Origin: Balanoglossus misakiensis
Taxonomy: Eukaryota > Animalia > Hemichordata
DNA length: 64,000 bases
Direction: 5' to 3'
Assembly (NCBI GenBank): GCA_040954595.2
Contig: CM082587.2
Span: 7,863,705 to 7,927,704 of the forward strand
Position 1 is the stretch's first letter. Every line of letters begins with the position of its first letter. The notes under the pieces were generated by a model. That model made no database searches. It worked only from the letters and a program-made list of their open reading frames with translations, and was not told the origin of the DNA. A program made the translations under genes and the position numbers. Positions 40,101 through 52,500 of the stretch are shown here, one piece after another.

Positions 40101-43100
40101 ATAGCTCATGAAAATCATCAAAAAATGACCATTTTTCGACTTTCCGAAACATCAAAAATTCTTCATTTTTTGATAAAATTCATGGGTTATAGCTCAAGAA
40201 AATCATCAAAAAATGACCATTTTTCGACTTTCCGAAACATCAAAAATTCTTCATTTTTTGATAAAAATAATGGGTTATAGCTCATGAAAATCATCAAAAA
40301 TGACCATTTTTCGACTTTCCGAAACATCAAAAATTCTTCATTTTTTGATAAAATTCATGGGTTATAGCTCATGAAAATCATCAAAAAATGACCATTTTTC
40401 GAATATCCGAAACATCAAAAATTCTTCATTTTTTGATAAAAATCATGGGTTATAGCTCAAGAAAATCATCAAAAAATGACCATTTTTCGACTTTCCGAAA
40501 CATCAAAAATTCTTCATTTTTTGATAAAAATAATGGGTTATAGCTCATGAAAATCATCAAAAATGACCATTTTTCGACTTTCCGAAACATCAAAAATTCT
40601 TCACTTTTTTATAAAATTCATGGGTAATAGCTCAAGAAAATCATCAAAAAATGACCATTTTTCGACTTTCCGAAACATCAAAAATTCTTCATTTTTTGAT
40701 AAAAATCATGGGTTATAGCTCATGAAAATTATCAAAAAATGACAATTTTTCGACTTTCCGAAACATCAAAAATTCTTCATTTTTTTTATAAAATTCATGG
40801 GTTATAGCTCAAGAAAATCATCAAAAAATGACCATTTTTCGACTTTCCGAAACATCAAAAATTCTTCATTTTTTTTATAAAATTCATGGGTTATAGCTCA
40901 AGAAAATCATCAAAAAATGACCATTTTTCGACTTTCCGAAACATCAAAAATTCTTCATTTTTTGATAAAATTCATTGGTTATAGCTCATGAAAATGATAA
41001 TTTTTCGACTTTCCGAAACATCAAAAATTCTTCATTTTTTGATAAAAATAATGGGTTATAGCCCATGAAAATCATCAAAAAATGACAATTTTTCGACTTT
41101 CCGAAACATCAAAAATTCTTCATTTTTTGATAAAAATCATGGGTTATAGCTCATGAAAATTATCAAAAAATGACCATTTTTCGACTTTCCGAAACATCAA
41201 AAATTCTTCATTTTTTGATAAAAATAATGTGTTATAGCTCATGAAAATCATCAAAAAATGACCATTTTTCGTCTTTCCGAAACATCAAAAATTCTTCATA
41301 TTTTATAAAAATCATGGGTTATAGCTCATGAAAATCATCAAAAAATGACAATTTTTCGACTTACCGAAACATCAAAAACTCTTCATTTTTTGATAAAAAA
41401 ATGACAATTCTTCGACTTTCCGAAACATCAAAAATTCTTCATTTTTTGATCAAATTCATGGGTTATAGCTCAAGAAAATCATCAAAAAATGACCATTTTT
41501 CGACTTTCCGAAACATCAAAAATTCTTCATTTTTTGATAAAAATAATGGGTTATAGCTCATGAAAATCATCAAAAATGACCATTTTTCGACTTTCCGAAA
41601 CATTAAAAATTCTTCATTTTTTTATAAAATTCATGGGTTAAAGCTCAAGAAAATCATCAAAAAATGACCATTTTTCGACTTTCCGAAACATCAAAAATTC
41701 TTCATTTTTTGATAAAAATCATGGGTTATAGCTCATGAAAATCATCAAAAAATGACAATTTTTCGACTTTCCGAAACATCAAAAATTCTTCATTTTTTTA
41801 TAAAATTCATGGGTTATAGCTCAAGAAAATCATCAAAAAATGACCATTTTTCGACTTTCCGAAACATCAAAAATTCTTCATTTTTTGATAAAATTCATTG
41901 GTTATAGCTCATGAAAATGATAATTTTTCGACTTTCCGAAACATCAAAAATTCTTCATTTTTTGATAAAAATAATGGGTTATAGCCCATGAAAATCATCA
42001 AAAAATGACAATTTTTCGACTTTCCGAAACATCAAAAATTCTTCATTTTTTGATAAAAATCATGGGTTATAGCTCATGAAAATTATCAAAAAATGACCAT
42101 TTTTCGACTTTCCGAAACATCAAAAATTCTTCATTTTTTGATAAAAATAATGGGTTATAGCTCATGAAAATCATCAAAAAATGACCATTTTTCGTCTTTC
42201 CGAAACATCAAAAATTCTTCATATTTTATAAAAATCATGGGTTATAGCTCATGAAAATCATCAAAAAATGACAATTTTTCGACTTACCGAAACATCAAAA
42301 ACTCTTCATTTTTTGATAAAAAAATGACAATTTTTCGACTTTCCGAAACATCAAAAATTCTTCATTTTTTGATCAAATTCATGGGTTATAGCTCAAGAAA
42401 ATCATCAAAAAATGACCATTTTTCGACTTTCCGAAACATCAAAAATTCTTCATTTTTTGATAAAAATAATGGGTTATAGCTCATGAAAATCATCAAAAAT
42501 GACCATTTTTCGACTTTCCGAAACATTAAAAATTCTTCATTTTTTTATAAAATTCATGGGTTAAAGCTCAAGAAAATCATCAAAAAATGACCATTTTTCG
42601 ACTTTCCGAAACATCAAAAATTCTTCATTTTTTGATAAAAATCATGGGTTATAGCTCATGAAAATCATCAAAAAATGACAATTTTTCGACTTTCCGAAAC
42701 ATCAAAAATTCTTCATTTTTTTATAAAATTCATGGGTTATAGCTCAAGAAAATCATCAAAAAATGAACATTTTTCGACTTTCCGAAACATCAAAAATTCT
42801 TCATTTTTTGATAAAATTCATGGGTTATAGCTCATGAAAATGATAATTTTTCGACTTTCCGAAACATCAAAAATTCTTTATTTTTTGATAAAAATCATGG
42901 GTTATAGCTCATGAAAATCATCAAAAAATGACAATTTTTCGACTTTCCGAAACATAAAAAATTCTTCATTTTTTGATAAAAATAATGGGTTATAGCTCAT
43001 GAAAATCATCAAAAAATGACCATTTTTCGTCTTTCCGAAACATCAAAAATTCTTCATTTTTTGAAAAGAATCATGGGTTATAGCTCATGAAAATTATCAA

Positions 43101-46100
43101 AAAATGACCATTTTTCGACTTTCCGAAACATCAAAAATTCTTCATTTTTTGATAAAAATCATGGGTTATAGCTCATGAAAATCATCAAAAAATGACCATT
43201 TTTCGACTTTCCGAAACATCAAAAATTCTTCATTTTTTGATAAAAATCATGGGTTATAGCTCATGAAAATCATCAAAAAATGACCATTTTTCGACTTTCC
43301 GAAACATCAAAAATTCTTCATTTTTTGATAAAAATCATGGGTTATAGCTCATGAAAATCATCAAAAAATGATAATTTTTCGACTTTCTGAAACATCAAAA
43401 ATTCTTCATTTTTTGATAAAAATCATGGGTTATAGCTCATGAAAATCTTCAAGAAATGACAATTTTTCGACTTACCGAAACATCAAAAATTCTTCATTTT
43501 TTGATAAAAATCATGGGTTATAGCTCATGGAAATCATCAAAAAATGACCATTTTTCAACTTTCCGAAACATCGAAAATTCTTCATTTTTTGATAAAAATC
43601 ATGGGTTATAGCTCATGAAAATCATCAAAAAATGACCATTTTTCGACTTTCCGAAACATCAAAAATTCTTCATTTTTTGATAAAAATAATGGGTTATAGC
43701 TCATAAAAATCATCAAAAAATGACCATTTTTCGACTTTCCGAAACATCAAAAATTCTTCATTTTTTGATAAAAATCATGGGTTATAGCTCATGAAAATTA
43801 TCAAAAAATGACCATTTTTCGACTTTCCGAAACATCAAAAATTCTTCATTTTTTTTATAAAATTCATGGGTTATAGCTAAAGAAAATCATCAAAAAATGA
43901 CCATTTTTCGACTTTCCGAAACATCAAAAATTCTTCATTTTTTGATAAAATTCATTGGTTATAGCTTGAAAATGATAATTTTTCGACTTTCCGAAACATC
44001 AAAAATTCTTCATTTTTTGATAAAAATCATGGGTTATAGCTCAAGAAAATCATCAAAAAATGACCATTTTTCGACTTTCCGAAACATCAAAAATTCTTCA
44101 TTTTTTTATAAAATTCATGGGTTATAGCTCAAGAAAATCATCAAAAAATGACCATTTTTCGACTTTCCGAAACATCAAAAATTCTTCATTTTTTGATAAA
44201 AATCATGGGTTATAGCTCATGAAAATCATCAAAAAATGACCATTTTTCGACTTTCCGAAACAATCAAAAATTTTTCATTTTTTGATAAAAATCATGGGTT
44301 ATAGCTCATGAAAATCATCAAAAAATGACCATTTTTCGACTTTCCGAAACATCAAAAATTCTGCATTTTTTGATAAAAATCATGGGTTATAGCTCATGAA
44401 AATCATCAAAAAATGATAATTTATCGACTTTCCGAAACATCAAAAATTCTTCATTTTTTGATAAAAATCATGGGTTATAGCTCATGAAAATCTTCAAAAA
44501 ATGACAATTTTTCGACTTACCGAAACATCAAAAATTCTTCATTTTTTGATAAAAAATCATGGGTTATAGCTCATGGAAATCATCAAAAAATGACCATTTT
44601 TCGACTTTCCGAAACATCAAAAATTCTTCATTTTTTTATAAAATTCATGGGTTATAGCTCAAGAAAATCATCAAAAAATGACCATTTTTCGACTTTCCGA
44701 AACATCAAAAATTCTTCATTTTTTGATAAAAATCATGGGTTATAGCTCATGAAAATCATCAAAAAATGACCATTTTTCGACTTTCCGAAACATCAAAAAT
44801 TCTTCATTTTTTGATAAAAATCATGGGTTATAGCTCATGAATATCATCAAAAAATGACCATTTTTCGACTTTCCGAAACATCAAAAATTCTTCATTTTTT
44901 GATAAAAATCATGGGTTATAGCTCATGAAAATCATCAAAAAATGATCATTTTTCGACTTTCCGAAACATCAAAAATTCTTCATTTTTTGATAAAAATCAT
45001 GGGTTATAGCTCATGAAAATCATCAAAAAATGATAATTTTTCGACTTTCTGAAACATCAAAAATTCTTCATTTTTTGATAAAAATCATGGGTTATAGCTC
45101 ATGAAAATCTTCAAAAAATGACAATTTTTCGACTTACCGAAACATCGAAAATTCTTCATTTCTTGATAAAAATCATGGGTTATAGCTCATGGAAATCATC
45201 AAAAAATGACCATTTTTCAACTTTCCGAAACATCGAAAATTCTTCATTTTTTGATAAAAATCATGGGTTATAGCTCATGAAAATCATCAAAAAATGACCA
45301 TTTTTCGACTTTCCGAAACATCGAAAATTCTTCATTTTTTGATAAAAATCATGGGTTATAGCTCATGAAAATCATCAAAAAATGATAATTTTTCGACTTT
45401 CCGAAACATCAAAAATTCTTCATTTTTTTTGAAAAAAATCATGGGTTATAGCTCATGAAAATCATCAAAAAATGACCATTTTTCGACTTTCCGAAACATC
45501 AAAAATTCTTCATTTTTTGATAAAAATCATGGGTTATAGCTCATGAAAATCATCAAAAAATGACCATTTTTCGAATATCCGAAACATCAAAAATTCTTCA
45601 TTTTTTGATAAAAATCATGGGTTATAGCTCAAGAAAATCATCAAAAAATGACCATTTTTCGACTTTCCGAAACATCAAAAATTCTTCATTTTTTGATAAA
45701 AATAATGGGTTATAGCTCATGAAAATCATCAAAAAATGACAATTTTTCGACTTTCCGAAACATCAAAAATTCTTCATTTTTTGATAAAATTCATGGGTTA
45801 TAGCTCATGAAAATCATCAAAAAATGACAATTTTTCGACTTTCCGAAACATCAAAAATTCTTCATTTTTTGATAAAATTCATGGGTTATAGCTCATGAAA
45901 ATCATCAAAAAATGACCATTTTTCGACTTTCCGAAACATCAAAAATTCTTCAATGTTTGATAAAAATCATGGGTTATAGCTCATGAAAATCATCAAAAAA
46001 TGACCATTTTTCGACTTTCCGAAACATCAAAAATTCTTCATTTTTTGATAAAAATCATGGGTTATAGCTCAAGAAAATAATCAAAAAATGACCATTTTTC

Positions 46101-46569
46101 GACTTTCCGAAACAACAAAAATTCTTCATTTTTTGATAAAAATCATGGGTTATAGCTCATGAAAATCATCAAAAAATGACCAGTTTTCGACTTTCCGAAA
46201 CATCAAAAATTCTTCATTTTTTGATAAAAATCATGGGTTATAGCTCATGAAAATCATCAAAAAATGACCATTTTTCGACTTTCCGAAACATCAAAAATTC
46301 TTCACTTTTTGAAAAAAAATCATGCGTTATAGCTCATGAAAATCATCAAAAAATGACCATTTTTCGACTTTCCGAACCGAAACATCAAAAATTCTTCATT
46401 TTTTAAATAAAAATCATGGGTTATAGCCTAAGAAAATCATCAAAAAATGACCATTTTTCGACTTTCCGAAACATCAAAAATCCTTCATTTTTTGATAAAA
46501 TTCATGGCTTATAGCTCATGAAAATCATCAAAAAATGACCATTTTTCGACTTTCCGAAACATCAAAAAT
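31129..46569 (+). repeat. Satellite array, 88-bp AT-rich monomer, ~175 copies
   Basis: Consensus ATAGCTCATGAAAATCATCAAAAAATGACCATTTTTCGACTTTCCGAAACATCAAAAATTCTTCATTTTTTGATAAAAATCATGGGTT; period 88 (e.g. 37821 to 37909). Confidence 0.98.
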
Positions 46570-49500
46570 AGGTAAAAGGGAAGCCTTCCTGAACCCTTCG
46601 CCATCACGATGTGTTCTCGAACAAGTCGGAAATGTACCGCACTATATTGCAGCATAACTACAATGATCTTATTTGCACCGCAGCGGTGCGAAGTGTTATT
46701 TGCACCGCAGCGGTGCAAATAAGAGTTTACACCGCTGCGGTGCAAATAAGAGTTCCCTGCACCGCAATGATCTGACCGTTCTTTATTCACTCCTCGGCGA
46801 CAAAAACGTTTTATTACGGCCCAAATAATGACTTTTTCGCTCCTTGGTTGGTCATGCGGACGGAAAGACACGGTTTTAGCGAGTTTATCTTTCTCTTTCC
46901 TGAGCACTACGTATTCAGACTTGCCCAAGTGAACCGCGACATAAAATGACCAAGTTTCCCTGCATGTTTCTTATACCCGTCAGTTAAAAAACGCAGCGTA
47001 GATATTGAAATGAATTGGATTTATGAAAATGATTAAAATTACAATGATAATGTCGTTAAAAGTCCTCAAAAAAAAAAATAGAAAAAAGTGGTCTCGAACC
47101 AACATCAGTTGACACCTTGAGGTAAAAGTCAAGCCTTCCTGAACCCTTCGCCATCACGATGTGTTCTCAAAAAAGTCGGAAATTTACCGCACTATGTTGC
47201 AGCATAACAAAAATGATCTTATTTGCACCGCAGCGGTGCGAAGTGTTATTTGCACCGCAGCGGTGCAAATAAGAGTTTACACCGCTGCGGTGCAAATAAG
47301 AGTTCCCTGCACCGCAACGATCTGACCGTTCTTTATTCACTCCTCGGCGACAAAAACGTTTTATTACGGCCCAAATAATGACTTTTTCGCTCCTTGGTTG
47401 GTCATGCGGACGGAACGACACGGTTTTAGCGAGATTATCTTTCTCTTTCCTGAGCACTACGTATTCAGACTTGCCCAAGTGAACCGCGACAAAAAATGAC
47501 CAAGTTTCCCTGCATGTTTCTTATACCCGACAGTTAAAAAACGCAGCGTAGATATTGAAAAGAATTGGATTTATGAAAATGATTAAAATTACAATGATAA
47601 TGTCGTTAAAAGTTCTCACAAAAAAAAAAATAGAAAAAAGTGGTCTCGAACCAACATCAGTTGACACCTTGAGGTAAAAGTCAAGCCTTCCTGAACCCTT
47701 CGCCATCACGATGTGTTCTCAAAAAAGTCGGAAATTTACCGCACTATATTGCAGCATAACTACAATGATCTTATTTGCACCGCAGCGGTGCGAAGTGTTA
47801 TTTGCACCGCAGCGGTGCAAATAAGAGTTTACACCGCTGCGGTGCAAATAAGAGTTCCCTGCACCGCAACGATCTGACCGTTCTTTATTCACTCCTCGGC
47901 GACAAAAACGTTTTATTACGGCCCAAATAATGACTTTTTCGCTCCTTGGTTGGTCATGCGGACGGAAAGACACGGTTTTAGCGAGATTATCTTTCTCTTT
48001 CCTGAGCACTACGTATTCAGACTTGCCCAAGTGAACCGCGACAAAAAAATGACCAAGTTTCCCTGCATGTTTCTTATACCCGACAGTTAAAAAACGCAGC
48101 GTAGATATTGAAATGAATTGGATTTATGAAAATGATTAAAATTACAATGATAATGTCGTTAAAAGTTCTCACACAAAAAGAAAAGAAAAAAACGTGGTCT
48201 CGAACCAACATCAGTTGACACCTTGAGGTAAAAGTCAAGCCTTCCTGAACCCTTCGCCATCACGATGTGTTCTCAAAAAAGTCGGAAATTTACCGCACTA
48301 TGTTGCAGCATAACAAAAATGATCTTATTTGCACCGCAGCGGTGCGAAGTGTTATTTGCACCGCAGCGGTGCAAATAAGAGTTTACACCGCTGCGGTGCA
48401 AATAAGAGTTCCCTGCACCGCAACTATCTGACCGTTCTTTATTCACTCCTCGGCGACAAAAACGTTTTATTACGGCCCAAATAATGACTTTTTCGCTCCT
48501 TGGTTGGTCATGCGGACGGAAAGACACGGTTTTAGCGAGATTATCTTTCTCTTTCCTGAGCACTACGTATTCAGACTTGCCCAAGTGAACCGCGACAAAA
48601 AAATGACCAAGTTTCCCTGCATGTTTCTTATACCCGACAGTTAAAAAACGCAGCGTAGATATTGAAATGAATTGGATTTATGAAAATGATTAAAATTACA
48701 ATGATAATGTCGTTAAAAGTTCTCACAAAAAAAAAATAGAAAAAAGTGGTCTCGAACCAACATCAGTTGACACCTTGAGGTAAAAGTCAAGCCTTCCTGA
48801 ACCCTTCGCCATCACGATGTGTTCTCAAAAAAGTCGGAAATTTACCGCACTATATTGCAGCATAACTACAATGATCTTATTTGCACCGCAGCGGTGCGAA
48901 GTGTTATTTGCACCGCAGCGGTGCAAATAAGAGTTTACACCGCTGCGGTGCAAATAAGAGTTCCCTGCACCGCAACGATCTGACCGTTCTTTATTCACTC
49001 CTCGGCGACAAAAACGTTTTATTACGGCCCAAATAATGAATTTTTCGCTCCTTGGTTGGTCATGCGGACGGAAAGACACGGTTTTAGCGAGTTTATCTTT
49101 CTCTTTCCTGAGCACTACGTATTCAGACTTGCCCAAGTGAACCGCGACAAAAAAATGACCAAGTTTCCCTGCATGTTTCTTATACCCGACAGTTAAAAAA
49201 CGCAGCGTAGATATTGAAATGAATTGGATTTATGAAAATGATTAAAATTACAATGATAATGTCGTTAAAAGTCCTCAAAAAAAAATAGAAAAAAGTGGTC
49301 TCGAACCAACATCAGTTGACACCTTGAGGTAAAAGTCAAGCCTTCCTGAACCCTTCGCCATCACGATGTGTTCTCAAAAAAGTCGGAAATTTACCGCACT
49401 ATGTTGCAGCATAACAAAAATGATCTTATTTGCACCGCAGCGGTGCGAAGTGTTATTTGCACCGCAGCGGTGCAAATAAGAGTTTACACCGCTGCGGTGC

Positions 49501-52500
49501 AAATAAGAGTTCCCTGCACCGCAACGATCTGACCGTTCTTTATTCACTCCTCGGCGACTAAAACGTTTTATTACGGCCCAAATAATGACTTTTTCGCTCC
49601 TTGGTTGGTCATGCGGACGGAAAGACACGGTTTTAGCGAGATTATCTTTCTCTTTCCTGAGCACTACGTATTCAGACTTGCCCAAGTGAACCGCGACAAA
49701 AAAATGACCAAGTTTCCCTGCATGTTTCTTATACCCGACAGTTAAAAAACGCAGCGTAGATATTGAAATGAATTGGATTTATGAAAATGATTAAAATTAC
49801 AATGATAATGTCGTTAAAAGTTCTCACACAAAAAAAAAGAAAAAAACGTGGTCTCGAACCAACATCAGTTGACACCTTGAGGTAAAAGTCAAGCCTTCCT
49901 GAACCCTTCGCCATCACGATGTGTTCTCAAAAAAGTCGGAAATTTACCGCACTATGTTGCAGCATAACAAAAATGATCTTATTTGCACCGCAGCGGTGCG
50001 AAGTGTTATTTGCACCGCAGCGGTGCAAATAAGAGTTTACACCGCTGCGGTGCAAATAAGAGTTCCCTGCACCGCAACTATCTGACCGTTCTTTATTCAC
50101 TCCTCGGCGACAAAAACGTTTTATTACGGCCCAAATAATGACTTTTTCGCTCCTTGGTTGGTCATGCGGACGGAAAGACACGGTTTTAGCGAGATTATCT
50201 TTCTCTTTCCTGAGCACTACGTATTCAGACTTGCCCAAGTGAACCGCGACAAAAAAATGACCAAGTTTCCCTGCATGTTTCTTATACCCGACAGTTAAAA
50301 AACGCAGCGTAGATATTGAAATGAATTGGATTTATGAAAATGATTAAAATTACAATGATAATGTCGTTAAAAGTTCTCACAAAAAAAAAATAGAAAAAAG
50401 TGGTCTCGAACCAACATCAGTTGACACCTTGAGGTAAAAGTCAAGCCTTCCTGAACCCTTCGCCATCACGATGTGTTCTCAAAAAAGTCGGAAATTTACC
50501 GCACTATATTGCAGCATAACTACAATGATCTTATTTGCACCGCAGCGGTGCGAAGTGTTATTTGCACCGCAGCGGTGCAAATAAGAGTTTACACCGCTGC
50601 GGTGCAAATAAGAGTTCCCTGCACCGCAACGATCTGACCGTTCTTTATTCACTCCTCGGCGACAAAAACGTTTTATTACGGCCCAAATAATGAATTTTTC
50701 GCTCCTTGGTTGGTCATGCGGACGGAAAGACACGGTTTTAGCGAGTTTATCTTTCTCTTTCCTGAGCACTACGTATTCAGACTTGCCCAAGTGAACCGCG
50801 ACAAAAAAATGACCAAGTTTCCCTGCATGTTTCTTATACCCGACAGTTAAAAAACGCAGTGTAGATATTGAAATGAATTGGATTTATGAAAATGATTAAA
50901 ATTACAATGATAATGTCGTTAAAAGTCCTCAAAAAAAAATAGAAAAAAGTGGTCTCGAACCAACATCAGTTGACACCTTGAGGTAAAAGTCAAGCCTTCC
51001 TGAACCCTTCGCCATCACGATGTGTTCTCAAAAAAGTCGGAAATTTACCGCACTATGTTGCAGCATAACAAAAATGATCTTATTTGCACCGCAGCGGTGC
51101 GAAGTGTTATTTGCACCGCAGCGGTGCAAATAAGAGTTTACACCGCTGCGGTGCAAATAAGAGTTCCCTGCACCGCAACTATCTGACCGTTCTTTATTCA
51201 CTCCTCGGCGACAAAAACGTTTTATTACGGCCCAAATAATGACTTTTTCGCTCCTTGGTTGGTCATGCGGACGGAAAGACACGGTTTTAGCGAGATTATC
51301 TTTCTCTTTCCTGAGCACTACGTATTCAGACTTGCCCAAGTGAACCGCGACAAAAAAATGACCAAGTTTCCCTGCATGTTTCTTATACCCGACAGTTAAA
51401 AAACGCAGCGTAGATATTGAAATGAATTGGATTTATGAAAATGATTAAAATTACAATAATAATGTCGTTAAAAGTTCTCACAAAAAAAAAAATAGAAAAA
51501 AGTGGTCTCGAACCAACATCAGTTGACACCTTGAGGTAAAAGTCAAGCCTTCCTGAACCCTTCGCCATCACGATGTGTTCTCAAAAAAGTCGGAAATTTA
51601 CCGCACTATATTGCAGCATAACTACAATGATCTTATTTGCACCGCAGCGGTGCGAAGTGTTATTTGCACCGCAGCGGTGCAAATAAGAGTTTACACCGCT
51701 GCGGTGCAAATAAGAGTTCCCTGCACCGCAACGATCTGACCGTTCTTTATTCACTCCTCGGCGACAAAAACGTTTTATTACGGCCCAAATAATGAATTTT
51801 TCGCTCCTTGGTTGGTCATGCGGACGGAAAGACACGGTTTTAGCGAGTTTATCTTTCTCTTTCCTGAGCACTACGTATTCAGACTTGCCCAAGTGAACCG
51901 CGACAAAAAAATGACCAAGTTTCCCTGCATGTTTCTTATACCCGACAGTTAAAAAACACAGCGTAGATATTGAAATGAATTGGATTTATGAAAATGATCA
52001 AAATTACAATGATAATGTCGTTAAAAGTTCTCACACACACAAAAAAAGAAAAAAACGTGGTCTCGAACCAACATCAGTTGACACCTTGAGGTAAAAGTCA
52101 AGCCTTCCTGAACCCTTCGCCATCACGATGTGTTCTCAAAAAAGTCGGAAATTTACCGCACTATGTTGCAGCATAACAAAAATGATCTTATTTGCACCGC
52201 AGCGGTGCGAAGTGTTATTTGCACCGCAGCGGTGCAAATAAGAGTTTACACCGCTGCGGTGCAAATAAGAGTTCCCTGCACCGCAACTATCTGACCGTTC
52301 TTTATTCACTCCTCGGCGACAAAAACGTTTTATTACGGCCCAAATAATGAATTTTTCGCTCCTTGGTTGGTCATGCGGACGGAAAGACACGGTTTTAGCG
52401 AGATTATCTTTCTCTTTCCTGAGCACTACGTATTCAGACTTGCCCAAGTGAACCGCGACAAAAAAATGACCAAGTTTCCCTGCATGTTTCTTATACCCGA

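Noticed and set aside
31129-46569. 88-bp array as a CRISPR array, coding repeat or centromere
   Set aside because: No unique spacers and frequent stops; centromere function cannot be read from sequence and the array lies between ordinary genes.
46668-46770. Palindromic short repeats as a CRISPR array
   Set aside because: Spacers are only a few bases and identical between monomers, there are no cas genes, and the context is eukaryotic.
47088-47160. Functional tRNA-Lys genes
   Set aside because: 8-nt anticodon loop, weak D and T stems and no 3' acceptor strand; kept only as tRNA-like.
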